NCBI RefSeq assembly: GCF_004010195.1
Contig: NC_057720.1
Span: 12,286,183-12,350,182 of the forward strand
Direction of reading: 5' to 3'
Origin: Chiloscyllium plagiosum
Taxonomy: Eukaryota
Length of the DNA stretch: 64,000 bases
Position numbers and translations under genes: made by a program. Below the pieces are notes generated by a model. It was not told the origin of the DNA and ran no database searches. It saw only the letters and a list, made by a program, of their open reading frames with translations. Shown here piece after piece: positions 53,063 through 64,000 of this stretch (position 1 is the stretch's first letter; the number at the start of each line of letters is the position of its first letter).

Positions 53063-54054
53063 TTGGTTCTCCAAGTGAAGCCTATGGACAACACAGAATC
53101 CCTACTCAGTGTCTTACTTCTGCTTTCTTAATAATTGCATTCTCTTAGATGGTTGCATCAAAATCCACAAGCTGTATCTTTTGGAAGTAAAGGGGATAAA
53201 GAGCATGGTAATAATATCACATTCAAGTATGACACCACATCATCCTCTTCTGACTGTTATATCAACATCCTTCATCATTGGGTTAAACTGGAACTCTGAG
53301 CGATGTCACTGTGGGTACACCTTCATCAAACATACTGCATAATTTCGAGGTGGTGGCTCACCAGCACCTTTAAGGTTAAACAGATATGCTGGCTCTAAAT
53401 GTCATGGTCGTACCCACTCCTTTCATCATTTGGGCTCTTTCGCATCTATCTGAAGGAGGGGACAAGACCAGTTTTAACATCTTGTGAAAGATGACATCTG
53501 AAAGACAACACTCCCTGAGCACCACACTGAACTCAGCTTTTATCTATATTCAAATATTTATTTTATACATGCAACCAGATCTTTTCTGACAAGGTTGATG
53601 ATAGATTTTGGCCAGAATAAAATGAATCCTTTGCCTTCACTCTAACACTGAACTAAAAGGTCAGAGAAATTAGTGTCCGCTAAGATCACATTCAGGTCTC
53701 GAGGGGGTCCCAGGAAACACAAGCTTTTGACTGGGTGACTGAATGTGCTTGCGTTGTGCAACAAGTTAGCTCATTTCACAGCAGGTAGGTGGCAAAATAG
53801 CCTCTGCAGTCCTGAACTAAGGTGGGAAAAAGTGTAATTATATTTTCCATTCCGATCCCTTGACATCAAGTTAATATTGTGGTATCTCCAAACTTAAATG
53901 GCGAAAACGGCAGGTACAAGAGGGTCATACACGTTAGCAAAATTGCCTTCGAGAGGGAGTGGAAAATAAAAGACAGTGTATTTTAGTTTGCAATCATTTG
54001 CAACAGGGTGCAAAGTAACATGGAACTGACTGCTTCTCATAACCAACAAAACGC

Positions 54055-54162
54055 ATATGGACGTACATGGAATAGTGTAGGTGGGATGGGCTTCAGATTA
54101 GTATGACAGGGTGGCGCAACATCGAGGGCCGAAGGGCCTGTACTGCACTGTAATGTTCTATG
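54055..54162 (+). repeat. Short CR1 3'-tail fragment between the two convergent 3' ends
   Basis: Matches the reverse complement of 20905-21015. Confidence 0.8.
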
Positions 54163-57100
54163 TATATGCCTGAAACCCAATCTTGCCACACGCGTATATG
54201 ATGGACACAGTAATCAAAAAACAATTTGTGCATCTCAAACTTTATTCATAATTTCAAAATCTTTACATTTTAATTCACACTAATATCATATTACATTATC
54301 AGAAAAACAAAAAAACGAGTGCCAACACATCCGGATCATTCTTAAGCAGCATATTTTTTTCCCGTCAGTGAGGTTACCTTATACTTCAGCTCCAAATCTG
54401 TATGATATCCCTTTCTCCAATCACTGCAAGCCCATAATCTGCTCAGTAGTCTTCTCCAGCAATGCACATTTTCTGAAGAATTTTTTTCTTCGAGATAATA
54501 GCTAATCCATCTCAAAAGCCAAGTGTAAAAGAAACATGCAAAAGAAACATGCAGGAAACCTACCTAGCAGTGCCAATATTAAAAAACTGAACAGGGACAA
54601 CAGCAAAAACTTGCAGTCAAATCCTGATATGCACTTTCCTCTAACTGCAGCACAGATTGTCTGTTTTAGCATTCTACATTGTGTTAACTGAGACTGCTCC
54701 CTGCAGAATCTAACTATACAATTTCAGTACAGTTGGCTTTTAAACATTCGCTTCTGCAGATTTTTCTGAATCAAAAGCTTCTCAGCATTTTAAAAAGCAA
54801 GCAAAATAAATGCATCCTCGATTATTTTAGGGAAGCAAATCCTGGAATTTTAGAAGTCTGACTCTCACGTACGCACAGATACAAGATTACAAAAGGCTCG
54901 CTAGAAATGGAAACAATTATTCCTTACTAACTCTGGGGATTCATATTTATAGAAAACAAGATATAAGATGATTAAACTATGCTTTGCACTTCAATTCTAC
55001 TCAATTGGTTTGAAACATGATATCAAAATTATAATGAATGTACATTTGAGTCCTTCATTGACAGTAATTTAATTCAAGACGATATGTTAAACTGTGTATT
55101 TTCTGGAGGAGAGTCAAAAAAGGCAAAAAGAATCAAATGACTGAACAGGGAAACCTAGCAATGAACACATTAAGTTTAGCAGTACTAAATGGATGTCCTA
55201 AAGTAAAGTCCCAGCGTGCAGAATATGCTTGTTTTTGCATTTGTATGCATATAGAAACAAGTGCATGATCCAAAGAACCTGACAGCATGCCTCCCACTTC
55301 AAATAACAGTTTGTGCAAAATACTTAATTCCCTATGTATGAATGACATACGTCACTCAAAAAGCATTACCTTATATAGAGAGCCCTTGTATGGTTTATGT
55401 TCATCAGTTCAAAGGATGAACGCAAAGAAGTCCTCCACAGTGGTAGAAACTATCTCAGGACCTGTTCCTATGACCTATGAATCGGGTGCTGGCAGCTAGC
55501 TCTTCAGCACTGTATAAGAACGAAGGCACCATCTTTAAAGTACTTTGAAAAAAAAGCCAAAAGATAAGCAAGTTGGCTTTTTGCATAATAATCTCCCAAG
55601 ACTTTGATGAAAACACAAAGGCAATTAATCTCTAGAAATGCAAGATTCACTCTTGAAAAAGGGCACATGAATTGCACTGAATCACAGCTCACAAAACACT
55701 TGGAATTCTAATCTGATCCTGAAGCAACATATTTTATGCATTTTAATATGGTAAATAGACCACAAAACTGCCAGAATACAATAATTCAACATTAATAAAC
55801 CAGACCGAAAACACCACACCTCACGTCCTTTAAGGTACAATTTATCAGCCTGAAGACAGATATTTTAACCGTCTTCCCTGGCTATTTCCCAAAAACAACC
55901 TCAAACTCCCATGACCTAAACAGCAAATAAAAACCCAACTAGCTGTTGTACAGTGTATGAGCAAAATATGTAAGCTTCCTTCTTTGTAGTTATACTAAAA
56001 ATCTGATGTATGTCCAGCAGTATAAATAAGTTGTTACTTTTGGTAATTGTGCACGAGAAAACAGACGCATTAGGAAGAGTGGCCAAAATGACAGAGGGTT
56101 AAAATAAGACAAGGTGTATCAATCTATGCCAACACAAAGATAGTTTATCCTACAAGAACAAATTCTACAGCTTTTCCTTTGCCAGATATCTAAAAACATA
56201 CAGTAAAATATTAGCTACTTATTCAACAAAAATGCCTTCACAACAACTGATGCAGGTCAAATCTGTATACATATACACTTGACTAATTACGGTCTTAATG
56301 AAAAAAATCAGATGTCTAACACAAACTAAGATCTAAACAAATGTTTGCTGGAACAGTTAAATTGTGCACAACATTTGAAGTTTATTTCCATCAAAAAAAT
56401 GACCAGTCATTTCTGCTGCAAATGAATAATTATTTAAAATGAGAATTGTCCAACCCACCCATCTAAAATACGTGGTTGTTTGCAATAAAGCCCTACCTTC
56501 ATTCAAACTCAGAAAAAGTTAAGATCATATCTCAATGCTGAATGCATCTGAAAAGGCAGTTTAATCCTTCAGGTGTATGCCAGAAGTTTTAACCTGGCTT
56601 TTTTTTAAGATGCAGGCTGACCCCCTTTTCCAAGAATGTTTGAGCTTGAAATTTACCGCAGTTCAATTTTTTTTTGTTGACTCATCTTGATTTCATTGTC
56701 TAGAGAAACAAATTATGGAATATTTGGCTGATCAGACTGACATTTAATTCTTATTTGTACAGTAACGTTGAGTTTCATAAAAATAATGCATTTATAAAGA
56801 GGGCCAATGATTGATCAATTTATTTTTACAGCCTGAAATAATACACCTTCATTCTTGCTTACCTTTAGTGTACTGCAGCAGAACTTAAGGTTCAAGGTCT
56901 GGGTGGCACTGTGAAGTATAAAAATTGCACTTCATTTGCAATGAGCTGCGACTTCACATGGTACAAGAAAACTATACCAACAGCCTCCATTTTGAAACAT
57001 TTCTTCATAAACTAAGTAATACTAATATTTTTGGTAGATAGCAATGTAAGCTGAAAAAGTCATTTCTGGATTTTTCATTTCAAAGATGAGGGAGCTTTCT

Positions 57101-60100
57101 TATCAGACAAAATTAGGTTTTTAATAAATTCAGCAATCTCTAAAACGTTTCTTACAATCTAATAAGCCTAAAAGAACACTACATGCTTCAATTATGGACT
57201 GCAATAAGCTTAATGGTCTTCAAAAGATCTGCGCTATTCAAAAGACATCTTCCTATATGCTTCATTACTATATATATATATAAAAATAGAGTAATGTGAC
57301 GTAGATTATCCTTTGCTAGAAGAATTACAAACTGCACTGAACAAATTTGTTCTGCAAAAGAGGTTTGTTTTAATGCATTTTAGGCTGAAGTGCACTGTAA
57401 ACAGTACAAATATGGGGAAGAAGGGTATCAATCTCATCATCCAGCAACTTTTACTGACTATTAAAATAACCAACAGTGCACCTACTCAGCCCAATTACAT
57501 TAAAGCATAGCTTTTCAGACAGCAATAAAAACACCAAGTCCCTACCACATCCTCAAACTTGAAAATGGTAAACAAATAAAATAGTTCATTAAGAAATCTT
57601 CATTTGCAATATATCCTATATATATATATAGTATATATGACAGCAAAGCATTCTAATTCACTGATCAAACACATTTTCAAACAAGTGGCATTACTGGCTG
57701 GGTTTTCTACAAAGTAATATAGCATCTCAATTACATCAAAGTTTAGTGTGTGCTTGTGTGCACGGGGTGTGGGGGGTGGGGGGGGGAAGGAGAAGAGGAG
57801 GGAGGGGAGAAGGGGAGGAGAAAGCAGATGATGTGGGTCAATTATGTGACATTAAATTGGTTGTATCCTATTAAAGATACCAGCAGCACTAAAGTAGTTG
57901 ACAGTTGCTAATCAAAGGGGAGGGCAGGAGTGGTACAGTTCACAATTAACTGCCAAGCCAGATAATATAAGGCGACAAGCAGCACAAGGAGGGAGTGAAT
58001 GTTCCATGGGACATTTGTTCATGTTGGCAATCCCACTAAAAACTGTATGATGCAAATAAGCAATTACCCATAACAGGAAAAATCCGTCCAAAAAGCATCA
58101 GTTAAAGAAGTTTAAATGCTCATGTTTTCAGAATAATACTGTAGCAGTCATGTAACAAAAGTACAGATTGGTCTTGCAGGCATTAAATCTTTGAAGTGAC
58201 TTAAGAGTCACAGTCACCTGTGTAAATGTAGAAATTGACAGCTCAGGCAGAGAAATATAAATTCCACATGCACTACAAATCAATTTTGAACTAGTGGCAG
58301 TCTAAGGCAGATATCCAAAGCCGCCAAAACAAATGCAACAACTTTGATATAGAATTAGACTGTGGGAGGTGATGGTCATCCTCACCTTGGGATCCAGGAC
58401 TGTTGCTGACCAATGTTAAGGAGTCTGGATCATCCAAACTTTTGAACTGGCACGTGTTATCCCGGTGAAGATTTTGTCATGACTAATTCAATTTGGCCTG
58501 GATTTTGTCTGCAAGGTCAGTGCTTAGGTCTATAATCTGACAAAGAATAAAAGCCTAAATTTAAAAGTGAACAGAAAAATAATCCTACGAAATGTGTCCA
58601 CCATCCTACAGAACAGTAATCAAGACAAAAATATCCCTGATCATTCATGACTCTCATTTTATCACATTGACTTCACATGGAGCTTGAATCTTGGTCATTT
58701 CATTAGGCAAATGGGGAGAAGGGAGGAATGGCACTTGCACATAAATCAAATTAAGTATTTAGCTGCACATAGGTATTTGTAGCTACATCTTGCTCGAAAG
58801 GATCAACTCCACCTAGCTAATACACCAAACAATAGGCAAATACATTAGTTACAATCATTGCACCTTGATCCACCAAAGACATAATTGCAAACACGGGATG
58901 CTTTCCTGTGGGGTAAGTAAAACTGTTGCAGTTTAACTTACCCCATCCCCAGCCCAACCCCTTAATTCTGACTGCAACGCAGATCATGTGTTGGAAGTTT
59001 CTTAATTAGTTATGATCATTGCTACAGGAACAGAAGTCTTTTCCACAAACATTCATCATTTACTGAACCAAGCATGACTGCAAAGATGCAGAATTAGATC
59101 TCATGGACAATGCAATTCACTTAAGAGCAAAGAAAACATTCGATGTATTAAATTAAAAAACTCGAGAAAATCAAACCATCTTCCTGTATGAAACAGCTAA
59201 GCATGTCTACAGATTCAAATCTACAGTTTGCAGCAATTCATGAAGTAGATGATTAAGCTTAAACAAGGCACAATTGACTAAATTCCCAACAAATGGCAGA
59301 AAATAAGCAGTTTTTCCACAAAAACTAAATGAACAGATGAGCAAGTATTCAAACTTTCCAGATGAGCGATTACAATTTTATGGATTTGAAAGGTCAGCCA
59401 TGACAGGAAGTTTTTGGGCAGTGTTGGTTAGAGAAGATGCAAACCTATTGTGAAGAAATATCACAACAGACTATAGCCCACGTACTACACAAGAGTCCAA
59501 TGTCCTTTTGATCATTTTCAAAGAATATGTTATAGTTAAAGCAAAGTGAAACAAGCCCGTAAAGATCAAGTGTTTAGCTATAAATTTTCAGGTCATCATC
59601 TCATTCAAATGATTAAATGGCAGTCATTTGGGCCTCACTCAAGGTCTTTAACCCTTCGCCTTGTTATGTTACTCCCTACCTTGAGGAGATTTCTCAAAGC
59701 CTTAGCTTCTTGACCAAGATTTGATGAATACCCAAACTTATTCCACCGTTTCCAATGTTTATCTGTGAAGCACACTGGGCAGTTTTCTAATTTATAAAGT
59801 GCTATTAAAGTGAAACTGTTCCAGACTCGGTGCTTAACATGACTTATGTCTCTGCCCATTACACATTTAATCCATGGAATCAAACATCATTATGACAGAC
59901 AGTGTAGAGATGAGGCAAGTGTGTAATCAAAGCAAAGGAAGTACTTGGTAGCACAATGACTATTCACCCCAAAATATAAGAACTGAAATAAAAGTAATCT
60001 AATTTCATTAGTAACAACAACCTTAAGATGAGATTTGATTGCAGAATCAAATTACTCACCAGAAGTCAGGATAGCTTGGAGTTGGGATTTTGTTTAATAG

Positions 60101-60927
60101 AAAGAGCAAAATTCAACATAAAGCTTGAATCTTTGAATTGAAAATATTTACAAAAAAAAGCTCTTTTTGGCAAATCTACATTAGATTCTTAGCCACACAG
60201 ATCATTGAATTGCAAGTTAGTCCATGCCGATTTGAGTGATCTCAAATCAGCAGCAGCACATTATGGTATCACTAAAATTATATAAGACGGCATTGTTAAT
60301 GTTTGAATATTGTCCAATTATCTGGAAAATGTGACTTTGTTGCATAAAGCCAGAGCTCAGGTGCAATGTGTTCCATAGTTCAATAACTTGCTGCTGCTTT
60401 CTAGCACTGTTGACATGGAGAATGGCAACCTAGAGAAGCTCACTAAGTCAATAGCTTTGTAAAAGAAGAGAATCATTTGGGATCATTAAAAATTGCACAG
60501 ATTTTGAAATATTATACAAACAAACCCATCATTAATAATAATTTAAGTTTTAACTAACATTATCACATCCTTTTCCTAACATTTTGAAGAATGGATGCAC
60601 AGGAAATTAGGATTTATGCTTGCTTTCCAAGTCACTTTAGTTGGAATTAAAAGTTTTAAAGGTAAAGTTACGGAATAGTCACAATACAAATTGTATATCT
60701 TAGCCTGCAAATTATATTAAACTGTCATATTTTTACAGTGAACACTGTCCGGGACTGGAAACCAAATCTGCATTAACTTGGCATAGAAAACGTCTCAAAA
60801 CTGAAGTTTATGATGAGAAATCTCCTGCACAAAACAAACCCCAACTCTTACCATTTTCACAAGTACTCTGGTCAATATTTAACTCATTACAGACAAATGA
60901 CTTCGCCTTACTAAACATTAGCCCAGG

Positions 60928-61085
60928 GAAGCTGAAAAATGTGTTGCTGGAAAAGCGCAGTAGGTCAGGCAGCATCCAAGGAGCAGGAGAATTGACGTTT
61001 CGGGCATAAGCCCTTCTTCAGCCCTGAAGAAGGGCTTACATTTTTCAGCTCTGATCTCCAGCATCTGCAGTCCTCACTTTCTCAT
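60928..61085. mobile_element. Penelope-derived terminus with intact hammerhead core (minus 60994-61021) and an internally deleted inverse copy
   Basis: Reverse complement reads ctgaagaagggcttatgcccgaaacgtc; flanked by agcccagggaag / agcctagggaag direct repeat. Confidence 0.75.
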
Positions 61086-62399
61086 GAGCCTAGGGAAGGA
61101 AAGGGACTCTTGTATCTCTCCATTTCTAACTGGCCATCCCCAGTACCAATGGATTCGCAGTTGTTTGGCCACACATGGTGGACTGCATCATTATACTATT
61201 TACCAACATGAAAACAAGCAGTTTATCTTTAGCCTGCTTGAGAACAGCAAGCCTTAAAAGCTGTGGTGTCAGATGTTTATTTACACCAGTATTGTTGCAC
61301 TATCCATATAGTGACAGGAACAGAAGAGATTATCAATAATTAGACTGACTGCATTTTAAGCTTCTTGTATTTTTAAATAATTAGAAACTCCAACAACTGA
61401 AATGTTATCTCTAGCACAAGCTTGAATTTAACCTTAGCAGAACTACCTGCCACTAAAGGATTCCTCAGTAAATGTCTCAACCATAAGGTTCAAAGGGCAT
61501 CTTGGCACTTCAGATTTAAAATGTCCAGAATATATTTAGGCAGAAAATGATAAAATTTTCTTAGAATCCATTAAATTCAATTTGAATTTCTTTTAACCAA
61601 AGTCATTAGGAACAGCTTGTGTTCCATAATTCTTTGATACTTACTGTTTTTAAGCAAAGGAAATTGCAACCAACAAGGTTATAGTTTTGCGAAAACTCTA
61701 AAGGACTGAAATCCTTCAGGATAGAGATCAGGAAGTGCAATGGAATGATCCATCTCACCACAGACCAAGGTACCCACACCAATAATGATGGGTGACTATT
61801 TTGTGGCTCAGTTTAAAATTGCAGTGGAGAAAATTGAGCCAATAGATCTAAATATCTAAACTTCCCAAGACATGCATTCAATTTTAATGCTGTGGCATTT
61901 CCCCAGGATTTTAAACATTTAGTCTATGACTAGATCTGTAGCAGAATTGATAGGTACGTCAGCCTGAAGCAAAACAGGAACATAACTTCAAAGCCCAAAT
62001 GAACCCTTGCAAGAGATCATCTCTAATGTTATCCAAAACATTAAAAAACATTTGAATTTAGTGTTAATGAACAGACATCAAGCAAAGTACTGCTTCAGAC
62101 ATAAAAATGTTGAGACAAACTATGCTGATTAATACAAAAACCATTTCAACAGTTACAGCACATTGAACAGAATTTCAATTAAATTCTCCCTCAACAAATC
62201 AACTGTAACATTTCCTTCAAATATACCTTTCAAAGCATGAATTGGAAAGTGATTGTCCATTCAACATTAGCAAAATGGAACTTGCTACAACTCAACTTTT
62301 CCCCAATTGAAAACAGTATTTTATACTATTAAAATCAAATACTATAATACAGCAAACTTGACACTGGTCGCCTGCAAATTTATCCTCTCAATGCATATC

Positions 62400-62512
62400 T
62401 GTCCTGAGGAAGGGTCACCAGACCTGAAATGATAACTTTGATTTCTCTTCACAGATGCTGCCAGACCTGAGCTTTTCCAGCAACTTCTGTTTTTGTTTCT
62501 GATTTACAGTAT
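62400..62512 (+). mobile_element. Penelope-type terminus variant (relatives at 10575-10720 and 14800-14945)
   Basis: ctgaggaagggtcaccagacctgaaa...gatgctgccagacctg. Confidence 0.65.
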
Positions 62513-64000
62513 CACACCTCTTTTGGATTTACATAAATATCTGTTGGCTTCTCAGCTTTAATGGTGTAGTGGTTTCCTGGCCCACAGGACTGTACTAAGC
62601 CAAATGGTTATTTGCAACCTATGAATACAGACTATTAGCAGTTTGACAGCTAATTTCTGTGACCCCCTTGGGAAGGGTTAGGGAGAAGACAGACAAGGGG
62701 GAATATTTTCTGCTCTTAACTGTAAAGCAGTTACTGCTGTTGGCAGTGAGGAAATGGGAATATAAATGGGCTTGGTTGAAATATCCACTACCATAACTGG
62801 GGAACAACCTTCAGACAACAGGTTATTATTGAACTATAATTCCTGGGAACAATATCAGCCAGATGGCTACCATCAGTCCAGGAAATTCACCCTAACTTGA
62901 ATCTTCTTTAAAACAGACAAATGCAGAAAAGCAAAAAAAATTGACTTCCCTGTTTCCTTTATTCTTACAAGATAAGAATCACCAAACCAGTTGGACACAA
63001 TGAACTTACTAAGACCAATGATGAATGTAATTATAGGTTAGGTCTGGAGGTCAGTTAGCGACAAAATTATGTCTTTTTATTAGGATTCAGATGCATCCTT
63101 AAGATATATTGATTACATCATTCAGTGGACATACGTTTTTGGTCAGGTGTCATTACTCACCATGATTTTTTTTGTCAACGTTAAACTCTTCATGTACAAA
63201 TGACATCGCCTTACGAATCCTTGTTGTTAAATGTTAAAAGCTTCTTGGGGTGCTCAATGAAATCCACAGCAAGACAACGTTATCTGCCCATTGTGAAAAG
63301 TTTATTGTAGGGCACAACTTCTAAAATTAAGTTGAGCTGAGATTGTCAGTTTGACTATGTGACAAAAGGACCTGAAATGGACAAGGACATCAATGAAAAC
63401 GGGAAAAGGGTTGCTGTACTGTTGTCCATTGTTGCAATTGTGAAGTCTTCAGTAAAGACAGCGAAACAGGGTGAAGTGTAAATTTGAATGCAATACTGGG
63501 AAATGTTTTAAATGTGTTTTCAAAGCTACATCTACCTATATAAAAAGACAGTGGCATATATGATTTCAAACCAAGTATGGACAGCATCTTTTTTTGGATA
63601 CATCCCCAAATTAAGAACACAATCACATAACCTTCATTAGAAAATAACATGTATAAACTATCTATTTCAAAACTTAGATTATTTACACCATAAAATTTCA
63701 CAGTTCTCTTTCTTCATTTTTGTTACAAATACGATTAAAAAACCTTCAGTCTCGATTCTTAACATTCGACTTCAGGACAGAGCTTCATGCACAAACAAGA
63801 CTAACATTAAGAATTAACCTGCAGATGTCTTGTGGTTCTCGGTCACAGTACTCATTCGGCTCTCCACACCTAAAAACAAGCAGCCTGCAACACCTGGACA
63901 ACTGACCACCTCTTTTGTGGCTTTCCAGAGACAGAAGGCTTTCCTTAATGTTTACAAAATTCAGTTCTGTGAACTTGTGCCAGCTGTAAAACTAAGTTAC

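Larger units (their letters stand above)
54215..64000 (-). other. FUBP1: Probable 3' region (UTR, non-coding exons, introns) of the convergent neighbouring gene, likely FUBP1
   Basis: Minus-strand AATAAA at 54241-54246, several minus-strand splice-site pairs, strong TE depletion. NEXN and FUBP1 are tail-to-tail in human. No FUBP1 KH-domain coding sequence is in the window, so the name rests on synteny only. Confidence 0.45.

Noticed and set aside
54528..54553. aaagaaacatgca duplicated in tandem
   Set aside because: Trivial slippage duplication

Overview
Eukaryotic (vertebrate) genomic DNA. The repeat content (CR1/HER1-type LINE tails, HE1-like tRNA SINEs, Penelope-like elements) points to a shark or other cartilaginous fish; this is inference. 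The + strand carries the coding part of a nexilin (NEXN) gene. I can build 10 GT-AG coding exons from ATG 5207 to stop 51788 (about 606 aa, ending ...TIESKN). An alternative terminal splice 51777^51927 gives ...TIETDDY. The introns are dense with CR1, L2, RTE, Penelope, SINE and solo-LTR relics, and there are three N-gaps. From about 54.2 kb to the end the sequence is AT-rich and nearly TE-free and shows a chain of minus-strand splice signals without a recognisable long ORF. By vertebrate synteny this is probably the extended 3' end of FUBP1, but no FUBP1 coding sequence is visible. Most notable observations: (1) repeated minimal hammerhead-ribozyme cores with stem covariation in Penelope-derived termini, often head-to-head; (2) an ORF1-only Tx1/L1-like retroelement with a poly(A) tail and a 49-bp duplication, nested in a solo LTR; (3) a 61-bp perfect hairpin in the intron before the Ig exon; (4) candidate non-coding 3' exons of the convergent gene.
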